A stretch of DNA of 49,153 nt from Candidatus Limnocylindrales bacterium (GTDB lineage: Bacteria; Chloroflexota; Limnocylindria; Limnocylindrales; CSP1-4), in assembly GCA_052038965.1 (NCBI GenBank), contig JBQGDI010000111.1, forward strand, positions 1-49,153, read 5' to 3'. How positions within the stretch are numbered: the stretch's first letter is position 1; every line of letters starts with the position of its first letter. This document shows, piece by piece, positions 8,266 to 16,800 of this stretch. A program made the translations under genes and the position numbers. Below the pieces are notes generated by a model. It saw only the letters and a program-made list of their open reading frames with translations, searched no databases and was not told where the DNA came from.

Positions 8266-9915
8266 GTGACCGACCTCGCGACGACGCCGAGCGTGATCCC
8301 CGCCCTGCCCGAGGGGACCGTCCTCGTCCACATCGGCCCACCGAAGACGGGGACCTCGGCGCTCCAGGCGGCGTTCCACGCCCATCGGCCGGAGACGCTG
8401 GCGCAGGGCGTGCGCTACGCCGGCGCGTCCCGCCACTCCGGGAGCGCGATTCTCGCGCTCGGCGGACGGCCGTCGTTCGGCCGCGACCAGGGTCCGCCAT
8501 CGATGTCGAAGTGGCACCACCTCGTCCGGGACGTCCGCGGGGCGCGCGAGCCACGGGTGCTCGTCAGCAGCGAGTTCTTTGCCGAGATCGAGCCAGCGAC
8601 CATCAAGCGGGCGATCGACGATCTCGGCCGCGACAGCGCCCACGTCGTGGTCACCCTTCGGCCGCTCGACCGGCTGATCCCGAGCCAGTGGCAGCAGTAC
8701 GTCCAGAGCGGCCTGACGATCGACTGGCAGAGCTGGCTCGGCAGGACGCTGAACGAGCCACCCGGGCCGACGCCCACGTTCTGGCGCCGCCATCGCCACG
8801 ACCGCCTCGTGGAACGCTGGGTGGCCGAGGTGGGCCCGGATCGACTGACGGTCGTCGTCATCGACGAGAGCGACCGCGACTCGATCCTGCGCGTCTTCGA
8901 GCGGCTGCTGGCGCTCCGCCCGGGAACGCTCGTCGCTGAAAACGAGGTCGTCAATCGCTCGATGACGTGGCCCGAGATCGAGGCCGTTCGGGCGTATGTC
9001 GCGGCGTTCAAGGGGGCCGGCCTCGGCAATGCGCTGTTCCACAAGTCGATGCACTTCGGCGCCGCGTCGTACATGAAGACGCGAGTGCCGCCGCCCGACG
9101 AGCCGCGGGTGGTGCTGCCCGACTGGGCCATGGATCGGACGATCGAGGTCGCGAGGGAGATGGTCGTCGGGATCCGCGGCGCGGGCGTGCGGGTCCTCGG
9201 CGACCTCGACAGCCTGGTGCCAGCCGACCCGCGAGAGACCGCCGAGGAGGTGCGGACGGCGAGCGGGCCGAGGGGCGTGACGGCCGCGGCAATCCAGGAG
9301 CGAGTCTGCGTCAGCCCCGACATCGCGGCAGGGATGGCCACCGGGATGGTCGTCGTGGCGGGACACGCTCGACGGATGAGCCCCGCTGCCGAGCGCGCCG
9401 AGCTACCGCGGCACCCGACGTACCACCTGATGGGCGCGGTCCTCGGACGGGCGAGGCGGGTCGTGGGTCAGGCCATCGAGTCACTCACGCCTGGGGGTCG
9501 CGAGCGGCGGGTTGCTCCCGCCACGGGCGCCTGGGCCGGCGCCAACCTCGCCACCGTGGAGGCCATCGAAGCGAGATTCGAGATGGAGGGGCTGATCTCG
9601 CCGCGTGCTCGGGCACTGCTCGGCCGCGGCCTGACGATCGCCGGGGCGACCATCCCGGGGGTCGCGGGCGCCGAGGCAGACTCGGCCATCGCCGACGCCG
9701 GTTGCGTGGAGCCGAAGGCGGCGGCGTGGTTCGCGCTCAGCATGCTCGAGGCGTCGGGCGCGATTCACGGAGCTGGCGAGCGACCGGGCAAGCTCCGACC
9801 CGCGTTGTGGTGGTGGCTGGAGCCCCCCGAGCTGGCTCGGGTGCCCACGCTGCGCATCCTCCGCGCGCTCGCGGTGGGCCTCGTCCGGGGCGCGATCCGG
9901 CGCTTCCGCCGCTGA
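8266..9915 (+). CDS. Sulfotransferase-like protein, paralog 3 of 3 (longer C-terminal half)
   Basis: GTG start. It contains 'LVHIGPPKTGTSALQ', 'LRPLDRLIPSQWQQYVQ', 'TPTFWRRHRHDRLVERW' and 'VVNRSMTWPEIEAVRAY'. Roughly 130 extra residues precede the shared C-terminal 'ELARVPTLRILRALAVGL' tail. Confidence 0.65.
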   Translation: MTDLATTPSVIPALPEGTVLVHIGPPKTGTSALQAAFHAHRPETLAQGVRYAGASRHSGSAILALGGRPSFGRDQGPPSMSKWHHLVRDVRGAREPRVLVSSEFFAEIEPATIKRAIDDLGRDSAHVVVTLRPLDRLIPSQWQQYVQSGLTIDWQSWLGRTLNEPPGPTPTFWRRHRHDRLVERWVAEVGPDRLTVVVIDESDRDSILRVFERLLALRPGTLVAENEVVNRSMTWPEIEAVRAYVAAFKGAGLGNALFHKSMHFGAASYMKTRVPPPDEPRVVLPDWAMDRTIEVAREMVVGIRGAGVRVLGDLDSLVPADPRETAEEVRTASGPRGVTAAAIQERVCVSPDIAAGMATGMVVVAGHARRMSPAAERAELPRHPTYHLMGAVLGRARRVVGQAIESLTPGGRERRVAPATGAWAGANLATVEAIEARFEMEGLISPRARALLGRGLTIAGATIPGVAGAEADSAIADAGCVEPKAAAWFALSMLEASGAIHGAGERPGKLRPALWWWLEPPELARVPTLRILRALAVGLVRGAIRRFRR

Positions 9916-9929
9916 GGCGCCTCCGTCGG

Positions 9930-11408
9930 CTAGGTCGGGGCGCGAACCACCGCGAGCTCGAGCGCGGCGCGGATCTGGGCCACCGCCTCGGGCACGGAGG
10001 TTCGGGTCGTGTCGATCGTCAGGTCTGCGTCCGCCGGCGCCTCGTACGGTGAATCGATGCCCGTGAAGTCGGGGATCTCCCCGGCCCGCGCCCGCTTGTA
10101 GAGGCCCTTCGGGTCGCGCGCCTCGGCGACCTCGAGCGGCGCGTGGACGAACACCAGCAGGAACGGCGCGACGGGCTCGACCGCTGCCCGGGCGCGAGCC
10201 CGCGCGCTCGCGAAGGGGGCGATCAGCGCGGTCACCACGATCCGGCCCTCGGCCGCGAGCTCGGCCGCGATCTGGCCGGCCAGCTCGACGTTCGCCTCGC
10301 GCGAGGCCCGGTCGAAGCCGAGATCCGCCGTCCGGTGCTTCCGGAGCTCATCCCCGTCGACGATCGCGACCTCGCGATCCAGGTCGGCCCGGAGGTCCGC
10401 CGCCAGGGCCCTGGCAATCGTCGACTTGCCGGCGCCGGACAGCCCGGTGAGGAAGATCACCGCGCCCCGAGTCCCGTCAGCCACCGCCACCTCCACCTCG
10501 CCGCCGGCAGTCCGGGCCGCCGCCACCGCCTTGACCCGCTCCCGGATGGCAACCCAGGCGACGCTGCCGAGGACGAGCGTCAGGACCGCTGCCAGGAGCG
10601 CCGTCTCCGTCGCCACGCCCAGCAGCCGCAGCCCCGACGCGAGGAGCAGGAAGACGAGCGCACGGCGAATGATGCCGCCCGGCGCGCGGCTCGATATCTG
10701 CGCCCCGAACCACGCTCCCGGGATGGCGCCCACCAGCATCGAAGCGGTGATGGTGGGCGAGAAGTCGCCGAAGATCAGGTGTCCCAGGGCGGCCGCGCCG
10801 ACGAGCGGGATCGCCTGGGCGAGGTCCGTCCCGACGAGCGACGACGCCTTCAGGCCCGGGTACATCAGCAGCAGCGCGACGATGATGATCGAGCCCGAGC
10901 CGACGGAGGTCAGTCCGACCATGAACCCGGCCAGCGCGCCGAGGACGATCGTCGGCAATGGCTTGATCCGGACGACGGGCCGGGTCGGCTTCGCGGGACC
11001 TTCGCCGAGCGGCAGTCGGTTCCACATCTGCATGAACGATCGGATCACGAGGCCCGCGGTCGCAACGAGCAGCGCCAGGCCGAGCAGGGTCTTCAGGGCG
11101 TTGTCGAGCGCCTCGCCACGCGGGAAGAGGCTGATGACCCAGGCGCCCGAGAAGGCCGCCGGGATCGAGCCCAGGCACAGGTACTTGACGAGGTCGATGT
11201 TGATCGTCCCCCGTCGCAGGTGGACGAGCGCGCCCGCGGGCTTCATGACGAAGCTCGCCACGAGGTCGGACGAGATCGCGGTCAGGGGATCGGTCCGGAA
11301 GAAGAACACGAGCATCGGCGTCATGAGCGCGCCGCCGCCCATGCCGGTCAACCCCACCACGGTCCCGACGAGCAGCCCGCCAACGGCGAGGGGGAGGTCG
11401 AGGGTCAC
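9930..11408 (-). CDS. cysC: Fusion protein: TauE/SafE (TSUP) family anion permease (N-terminal ~290 aa) plus adenylylsulfate (APS) kinase (C-terminal ~190 aa)
   Basis: The N-terminal half is polytopic with the duplicated Gly-rich TSUP signature ('GLTGMGGGALMTPMLVF' and 'GLTSVGSGSIIIVALLL'). The C-terminal half has CysC motifs 'VIFLTGLSGAGKSTIA', 'LDGDELR', 'RDPKGLYKRARAGEIPDFTGIDSPYEAP'. It is a single uninterrupted 492-aa ORF with a GTG start. Confidence 0.8.
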   Translation of the reverse strand: MTLDLPLAVGGLLVGTVVGLTGMGGGALMTPMLVFFFRTDPLTAISSDLVASFVMKPAGALVHLRRGTINIDLVKYLCLGSIPAAFSGAWVISLFPRGEALDNALKTLLGLALLVATAGLVIRSFMQMWNRLPLGEGPAKPTRPVVRIKPLPTIVLGALAGFMVGLTSVGSGSIIIVALLLMYPGLKASSLVGTDLAQAIPLVGAAALGHLIFGDFSPTITASMLVGAIPGAWFGAQISSRAPGGIIRRALVFLLLASGLRLLGVATETALLAAVLTLVLGSVAWVAIRERVKAVAAARTAGGEVEVAVADGTRGAVIFLTGLSGAGKSTIARALAADLRADLDREVAIVDGDELRKHRTADLGFDRASREANVELAGQIAAELAAEGRIVVTALIAPFASARARARAAVEPVAPFLLVFVHAPLEVAEARDPKGLYKRARAGEIPDFTGIDSPYEAPADADLTIDTTRTSVPEAVAQIRAALELAVVRAPT

Positions 11409-11431
11409 CGCGGGACGAGGTCCACCCGGCG

Positions 11432-11441
11432 ATGATACCTT
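11432..11441. promoter_or_regulatory. AT-containing patch with back-to-back candidate -10 boxes for the divergent permease-cysC and cysDN transcripts
   Basis: TATCAT on the minus strand (11437-11432) and TACCTT on the plus strand (11436-11441) form the only TANNNT-type patch in the 108-nt divergent spacer. Confidence 0.25.
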
Positions 11442-11516
11442 CGGGTCCCGAGATCACCGCCGCGCGACGAGCCCGGTCGCGCCCCCGGACGACGACCAGA
11501 GGTCCGACTCGACCCC

Positions 11517-12419
11517 TTGAAATCGCATGTCCTGAGCCATCTCCGCAGCCTCGAGGCGGAGAGCATCTACATCTTCCGCGAGGTCGCGGCCGAGATGCAG
11601 CGGCCATGCCTGCTGTTCTCCGGCGGCAAGGACTCGACGATCATGCTGGCCATCGCCCGGAAGGCCTTCGCCCCGGCCCGGATCCCGTTTCCGATCATGC
11701 ACGTCGACACCGGGCTGAACTTCCCCGAGGTCCTGGCGTACCGCGACAAGTGGGTCGCCGACCTCGGCCTGAAGCTGATCGTCGCCTCGGTCCCGGACGC
11801 GATCGAGCGGGGTCTCGTCGCCGAGGAGGCGGGCGGTTCGCGCAATCGGATCCAGACACCCGTCCTCCTCGACGCGATCGAGCAGAACGGCTTCGACGCG
11901 CTGTTCGGCGGGGCGCGCCGCGACGAGGAGAAGGCCCGGGCCAAGGAGCGGGTCTTCTCGTTCCGCGACGAGTTCGGCCAGTGGGACCCCAAGAACCAGC
12001 GGCCGGAGCTGTGGGGCCTCTTCAACACCCGGGTCCAGCCTGGCCAGCACATCCGCGTCTTCCCGCTCTCGAACTGGACCGAGCTCGACGTTTGGACGTA
12101 CATCGCGGAGTTCGAGGTCGAGGTCGCGCCGCTGTACCTGGCGGCCGAGCGCGACGTGATCGAGCGTGGCGGGATGCTGTACGCGGTCAACGAGTTCACG
12201 CCGGCGCGTGACGGCGAGACGCCGATGCGCAAGAAGGTCCGCTACCGGACGATCGGCGACGCCAACCTGACCGCGGCCGTGGAGTCCGAGGCGGACACGA
12301 TGGAGAAGGTCCTCGCGGAGGTGGCCGCCGCCCGGATCACCGAGCGTGGCGCGACCCGCGGCGATGACAAGTTCAGCGAGACGGCCATGGAAGACCGCAA
12401 GCGCGAGGGCTACTTCTGA
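11517..12419 (+). CDS. cysD: Sulfate adenylyltransferase subunit 2
   Basis: It contains 'HLRSLEAESIYIFREV', the PP-loop 'FSGGKDS' and 'RDEEKARAKERVFSFRD'. TTG start. The stop overlaps the cysN ATG (TGATG). Confidence 0.92.
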   Translation: MKSHVLSHLRSLEAESIYIFREVAAEMQRPCLLFSGGKDSTIMLAIARKAFAPARIPFPIMHVDTGLNFPEVLAYRDKWVADLGLKLIVASVPDAIERGLVAEEAGGSRNRIQTPVLLDAIEQNGFDALFGGARRDEEKARAKERVFSFRDEFGQWDPKNQRPELWGLFNTRVQPGQHIRVFPLSNWTELDVWTYIAEFEVEVAPLYLAAERDVIERGGMLYAVNEFTPARDGETPMRKKVRYRTIGDANLTAAVESEADTMEKVLAEVAAARITERGATRGDDKFSETAMEDRKREGYF

Positions 12420-13828
12420 TGGCCGACGAGACGCGCGCGGAGCGGCCCGGCCACACCATCGAGGAGACGCCCGCGGACACCCCGGACGCCGCCCCGGAGC
12501 CGCCCGAGCCCGTCGCGCCGTGGGATGCCGCGAGAACCCAGACCTTCGAGCGCCGGATGGCGGCCTCGGATCTCCTCCGCCTGGCGACCGCGGGCTCCGT
12601 CGACGACGGCAAGTCGACCCTGATCGGCCGCCTGCTGTTCGACTCCAAGACGCTGTTCATCGACCAGCTCGCGGCGGTCGAACGAGTGTCGCGCGAGCGG
12701 GGCCACGACTTCACCGACCTGGCGCTGCTGACCGACGGGCTCCGCGCCGAGCGGGAGCAGGGCATCACGATCGACGTCGCGTACCGCTTCTTCGCCACGC
12801 CGAAGCGGCGGTTCATCATCGCCGACACGCCCGGGCACATCCAGTACACCCGGAACATGGTCACCGGCGCCTCGACCGCCGACGTCGCCGTCCTGCTCCT
12901 CGATGCGCGTCGCGGCATCACCGAGCAGAGCCGCCGGCATGCCTTCATCGCCTCGCTCCTGGGCGTGCCGCACATCCTGCTGTGCGTCAACAAGATGGAC
13001 CTCGTCGACTGGTCGGAGGACGCCTTCGAATCGATCCGCGAGGAGTTCGTGGACTTCGCGACCCGTCTCCGGGTCCGCGACCTGTCGTTTATCCCGATCT
13101 CGGCCCTGAAGGGCGACAACGTCGTCGAACGCTCCACGAACATGCCCTGGTACGACGGCTTGCCGCTGCTGCGGCACCTGGAGCGGCTGTACGTCGCGTC
13201 GGACCGGAACCTCGTCGACGTCCGGTTCCCGGTCCAGTACGTCATCCGGCCACAGTCCAACACCGTCATCGACTACCGCGGCTACGCCGGGACGGTCGCC
13301 TCGGGGGTGCTGAAGCCGGGCGACCCGGTGCTCGTCCTGCCGTCCGGGTTCGAGACCAGGATCGCGTCGATCGAGACCGCCGACGGGCCGGTCGACGAGG
13401 CCTACCCGCCGATGGCCGTCACCATCCAGCTGGACGACCACGTCGATGTCGGTCGCGGCGACATGCTCTGCCGGCCGCACAACGTCCCGACGGTCGCCCA
13501 GGAGATCGACGCCCAGGTCTGCTGGATGGACGAGGCGGCCCAGCTGACGAGGGGCGCGAAGTACGCCATCAAGCACACCACCCGCTGGGCCCGCGCGCTT
13601 GTCCGCGACATCGCCTATCGGATCGACGTCAACACCCTCCACCGCGTCGAGGGCGTGGATGGGCTGTCGCTCAACGAGATCGGGCGCGTGCAGCTCCGGA
13701 CGACGCAGCCGCTGTTCGTCGACACGTACGCCGAGAACCGCCAGACGGGCTCGTTCATCCTCGTCAACGAGCAGACGAACAAGACGGTCGCCGCCGGGGT
13801 CATCGGCCGGGCCACGATCGCGGGCTAG
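12419..13828 (+). CDS. cysN: Sulfate adenylyltransferase subunit 1 (GTPase), without a fused APS-kinase domain
   Basis: GTPase motifs 'GSVDDGKSTLIGRLL', 'DTPGH' and 'NKMD'. At 469 aa there is no C-terminal CysC domain. It is translationally coupled to cysD. Confidence 0.92.
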   Translation: MADETRAERPGHTIEETPADTPDAAPEPPEPVAPWDAARTQTFERRMAASDLLRLATAGSVDDGKSTLIGRLLFDSKTLFIDQLAAVERVSRERGHDFTDLALLTDGLRAEREQGITIDVAYRFFATPKRRFIIADTPGHIQYTRNMVTGASTADVAVLLLDARRGITEQSRRHAFIASLLGVPHILLCVNKMDLVDWSEDAFESIREEFVDFATRLRVRDLSFIPISALKGDNVVERSTNMPWYDGLPLLRHLERLYVASDRNLVDVRFPVQYVIRPQSNTVIDYRGYAGTVASGVLKPGDPVLVLPSGFETRIASIETADGPVDEAYPPMAVTIQLDDHVDVGRGDMLCRPHNVPTVAQEIDAQVCWMDEAAQLTRGAKYAIKHTTRWARALVRDIAYRIDVNTLHRVEGVDGLSLNEIGRVQLRTTQPLFVDTYAENRQTGSFILVNEQTNKTVAAGVIGRATIAG

Positions 13829-13851
13829 GCGCCGAGCGTGGGCGAGGCCCG

Positions 13852-16800
13852 CTAGAGCCGGATCAGCCGGTAGAACGCGTCGACATCGACCCGCGCGTGC
13901 CCTGGCGTCCCGACCACGACGACCTTGATCGAGTGCGTTCCGCTCGTCGACCAGTTGAAGGCGTAGACCACCGGCCTGGCCTTCGCGGTGGAGCTGTACA
14001 GGTTGACCGTCGTCCGCAGGACGCCGTCGACGTAGACGTAGGCCGAGCCGCGCGTCGGACCCTTGTAGGCGACCCAGGCACCGGATGATCCGGTGAACGT
14101 GTAGGTCGCCGCCGCGCCGGCGGACGTGGAGGATCGAATCGAACCGCCGTAGCACGCCGACCTTGCGACGGTCGACCACGCGCCCGTATAGGAGATTCGG
14201 CTGTTGCCCTGGTCGGAGACCCGCGGCGAGAACGTCGGTCCGTACGCATAGCTCGCGGCCACGCCGAGGCCGTCGGTGGCCTTGACCCGGAACCGGTACG
14301 ACGCGCCGATGGTGAGCGACTGGTTGATCGTGGTGGACGTCGCGGACCCGAGGCTGATCGTGGTCCAACTGCCGCCGTTCACCTGCCGCTGCAGCCTGTA
14401 GCTCGTGACGCCGTCCGCGTCGCACGCGGACCACGAGGTCTTCACCCGAACCGTGGACGTCCCCAGGGTCGTGTTGGCGTACAGGCTCGAGACCGGCGAT
14501 GCGACCTTTGGCGGCGCGTTCGTCACCGTCAGGCCGAGATTCGTCGACCGCGTCAGGCCCGACGCGGTCCCGGAGATCGTCAGCACGTAGCTGCCGCGCG
14601 GGGTCACCGTCCCGCAGTTCGAGGTCGTCAGCGTCAGCGTCGCCGCGCCGCTGGCCGGGTCCGCGCCAAAGCTCGCGCTGACGCCCGCCGGGAGGCCGGT
14701 GACGGACAGGTCGATCGGCGCCGAGAAGGCAGTGCGGCTGATGGTGATCGACGACGCGCCCGAGGCGCCCTGCGGCAGTGACAGGCTCGTGGGCGATGCC
14801 GAGAGCGCGAAGGTCATCACGGTCAGCGTCGCGCAGGCCGTCCCGCTGCTGGTGTTGCCGGCGGCATCCGTGCCACGGACGCAGACCTGGTACGTCCCGC
14901 CCGCCGCCGGCGCGGTGACCGTCGACGAGACCTCCTCGGTGGGCTCCCCGAAGGCCCCGTCCGTGGCGGTCGTCGACGACCACGCGCCACCCGCGAGCTG
15001 CTTCTGGCCCGCCACCACGCCGCCCGAGTCGCCGAGGGTCGCGGTCACCGTGACGCTCGCGCCCGGGATGGCCGAGCTGGGCGACAGCTCCGGGGTCGAT
15101 GCCGTCGGCGCGGCTCGATCGATCACCAGCGCCGCCGCGTCGACGTCCGTCGTCGGCCCACTCAGGCCACCCGCGTCGATGCTGTTCGACTCGAGGCGAA
15201 GCGTCAGGCTGCCGTCGACGCACCCGGAGACCGTGATCGTGAACGTCGTGCCCGACGACCCGAACGGGCTGATGCTGCAGGCCGTCCCGCCGGACGCGGC
15301 ACTGCCGAGGGCGGTGAAGTCCGAGCCTGTCAGGCCGGCGATCGAGCGGTCGAAGATCAGGCTGTAGCCGATCGAGGCTTCGTTCGTCGGCGACGATGCG
15401 GTTGGCTCGAAGACCACGACCTGCGGCGGCGTAGCCGGCGTCGGTGAGGCCGGCGGCATGGTGGGCGTGGCCGGCGGCGTGGTGGGCGTGGGCGTCACCG
15501 GGCTGGGCGTCGGCGGGACCGGCGTCGGCGGGACCGGCGTGGGCGTCGGGGGTGCCGGCGTCGGCGGGGGAGCGCTCACGCACGAGGGGTACCGGAATGA
15601 CCCGATCCGGGTGTGATGGTCAAGGCCGGACGCCAGGTAGTACTCATTCGTGTACCAGAAGGTGCAGCCATCCGGATCGAGCGTCATGGCCGAGTAGTCG
15701 CCCCAGCGCTCGCATGGCAGGCCACCACAGTTGCCAACCTGGGTGCCAGTCCCGTCGATCAGGGTGCGCTCGGTTTGGGTGATCGTGTTGGGCGGGTCGC
15801 CGGCGAGTCGGCCGGCGTAGCGGATCGCCGGGTACATCGCCGCGCTGGACACGCTGTAGCCGATGGCCATGTTGCCGATGCGGTCCACGGCCACGCTGGG
15901 CATGAAGCGGCTCAGGCCGTCGGGGTTGAACGTCACGGCCTGGAGCGGGTTTCCGACGGTGCCACCGGTCACGGGCACCTGGTACCACCGAACCGCCGCC
16001 TGCGACGAGCTGCTGCCGGCCACGGTATGGGCGTTCCAGAGCGACTCGACGCCGCCGATGTTGGCGTACTGGTTCTGCATCATCAGCCGGATACCGAGCG
16101 CGTCCAGGTCGTTGCCGTTCAGCGACGGGATGACACCCGGGGGGCTGGCCCATGTGGTCCCGGCCGTGCTCTCGAAGGGCCCGCTGAACGTCGAGTTCGC
16201 GGTGTTCGCCCAGTCGACGTGGAACTTCCAGATCCGAACGCGCGCCGTGTAGCACCACGTCGAGGCGAAGAGGTTCTCGCGACCCGCGGGCGGAGTGCCG
16301 GTTTTGAGGCGGGCGTTGCTCGGCAGGAGCGTGAAGACCGGGCAGGGCCCGGTCTTCTGCGGCGCATCGAACTGGACGACCTGGGGGTCCTGCCCGGCGT
16401 ACATCTGGGCCTTGTTGAACGCCCAGACCCGGACGTTCTGGAAGCTCCCGTTCGCGGCGAAGTCGAACATGTTGGCCGACATGTAGATCCCGTCGGGCCA
16501 GACGCCGAGCTTCGGGTAGTCCTGCAAGCCGTCGGTGACATGCAGGGAGTAGAAGTGCCAGCCGCCGGACACCGGGTCGCCGGACTGCGAGACGGCGAAG
16601 CACTCGTAGGCGCCCGGCGGGTTCAGGACGTTGCCGGAACCATCCACGTCGAAGGCGAAATCGGTGATGATCCAGCGGTCCGCGAAGGTGTCGTACAGGA
16701 CGACCGGATCGCCGTAGTTGTCCGTGTCGCAGAGGTTCCCGAAATTGCCCTGGGACATGAAGTCGTCGAACGAGAACGCGGCGATCCGTGCGCCCGTGGC

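Noticed and set aside
7180-9366. Very long ORFs on the opposite strand or in alternate frames of real genes. Examples are 7180..9366 (728 aa), 12410..15583 (1057 aa), 25041..28445 (1134 aa), 20596..23223 (875 aa), 30348..34673 upstream part, 3328..4650 upstream part and 10143..11435.
   Set aside because: Their translations are Arg/Pro/Gly/Ala-rich low-complexity strings with no motifs. They overlap genes with unmistakable family signatures and are the expected stop-codon-poor shadow frames of ~70% GC DNA.
13829-13851. A possible bidirectional terminator between convergent cysN and the large secreted-protein gene (GCGGGC...GCCCGC).
   Set aside because: The stem has only 6 bp with a ~21-nt loop and no U-tract, which is too weak to call.
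15421-15570. A repetitive GGCGTCGGCGGGACC-type array, and the GKG-repeat DNA at 28506-28570, that superficially resemble short tandem or CRISPR-like repeats.
   Set aside because: The units are contiguous with no spacers and lie in frame inside coding sequences (a Pro/Thr linker and a Gly/Lys tail). They are not CRISPR arrays.
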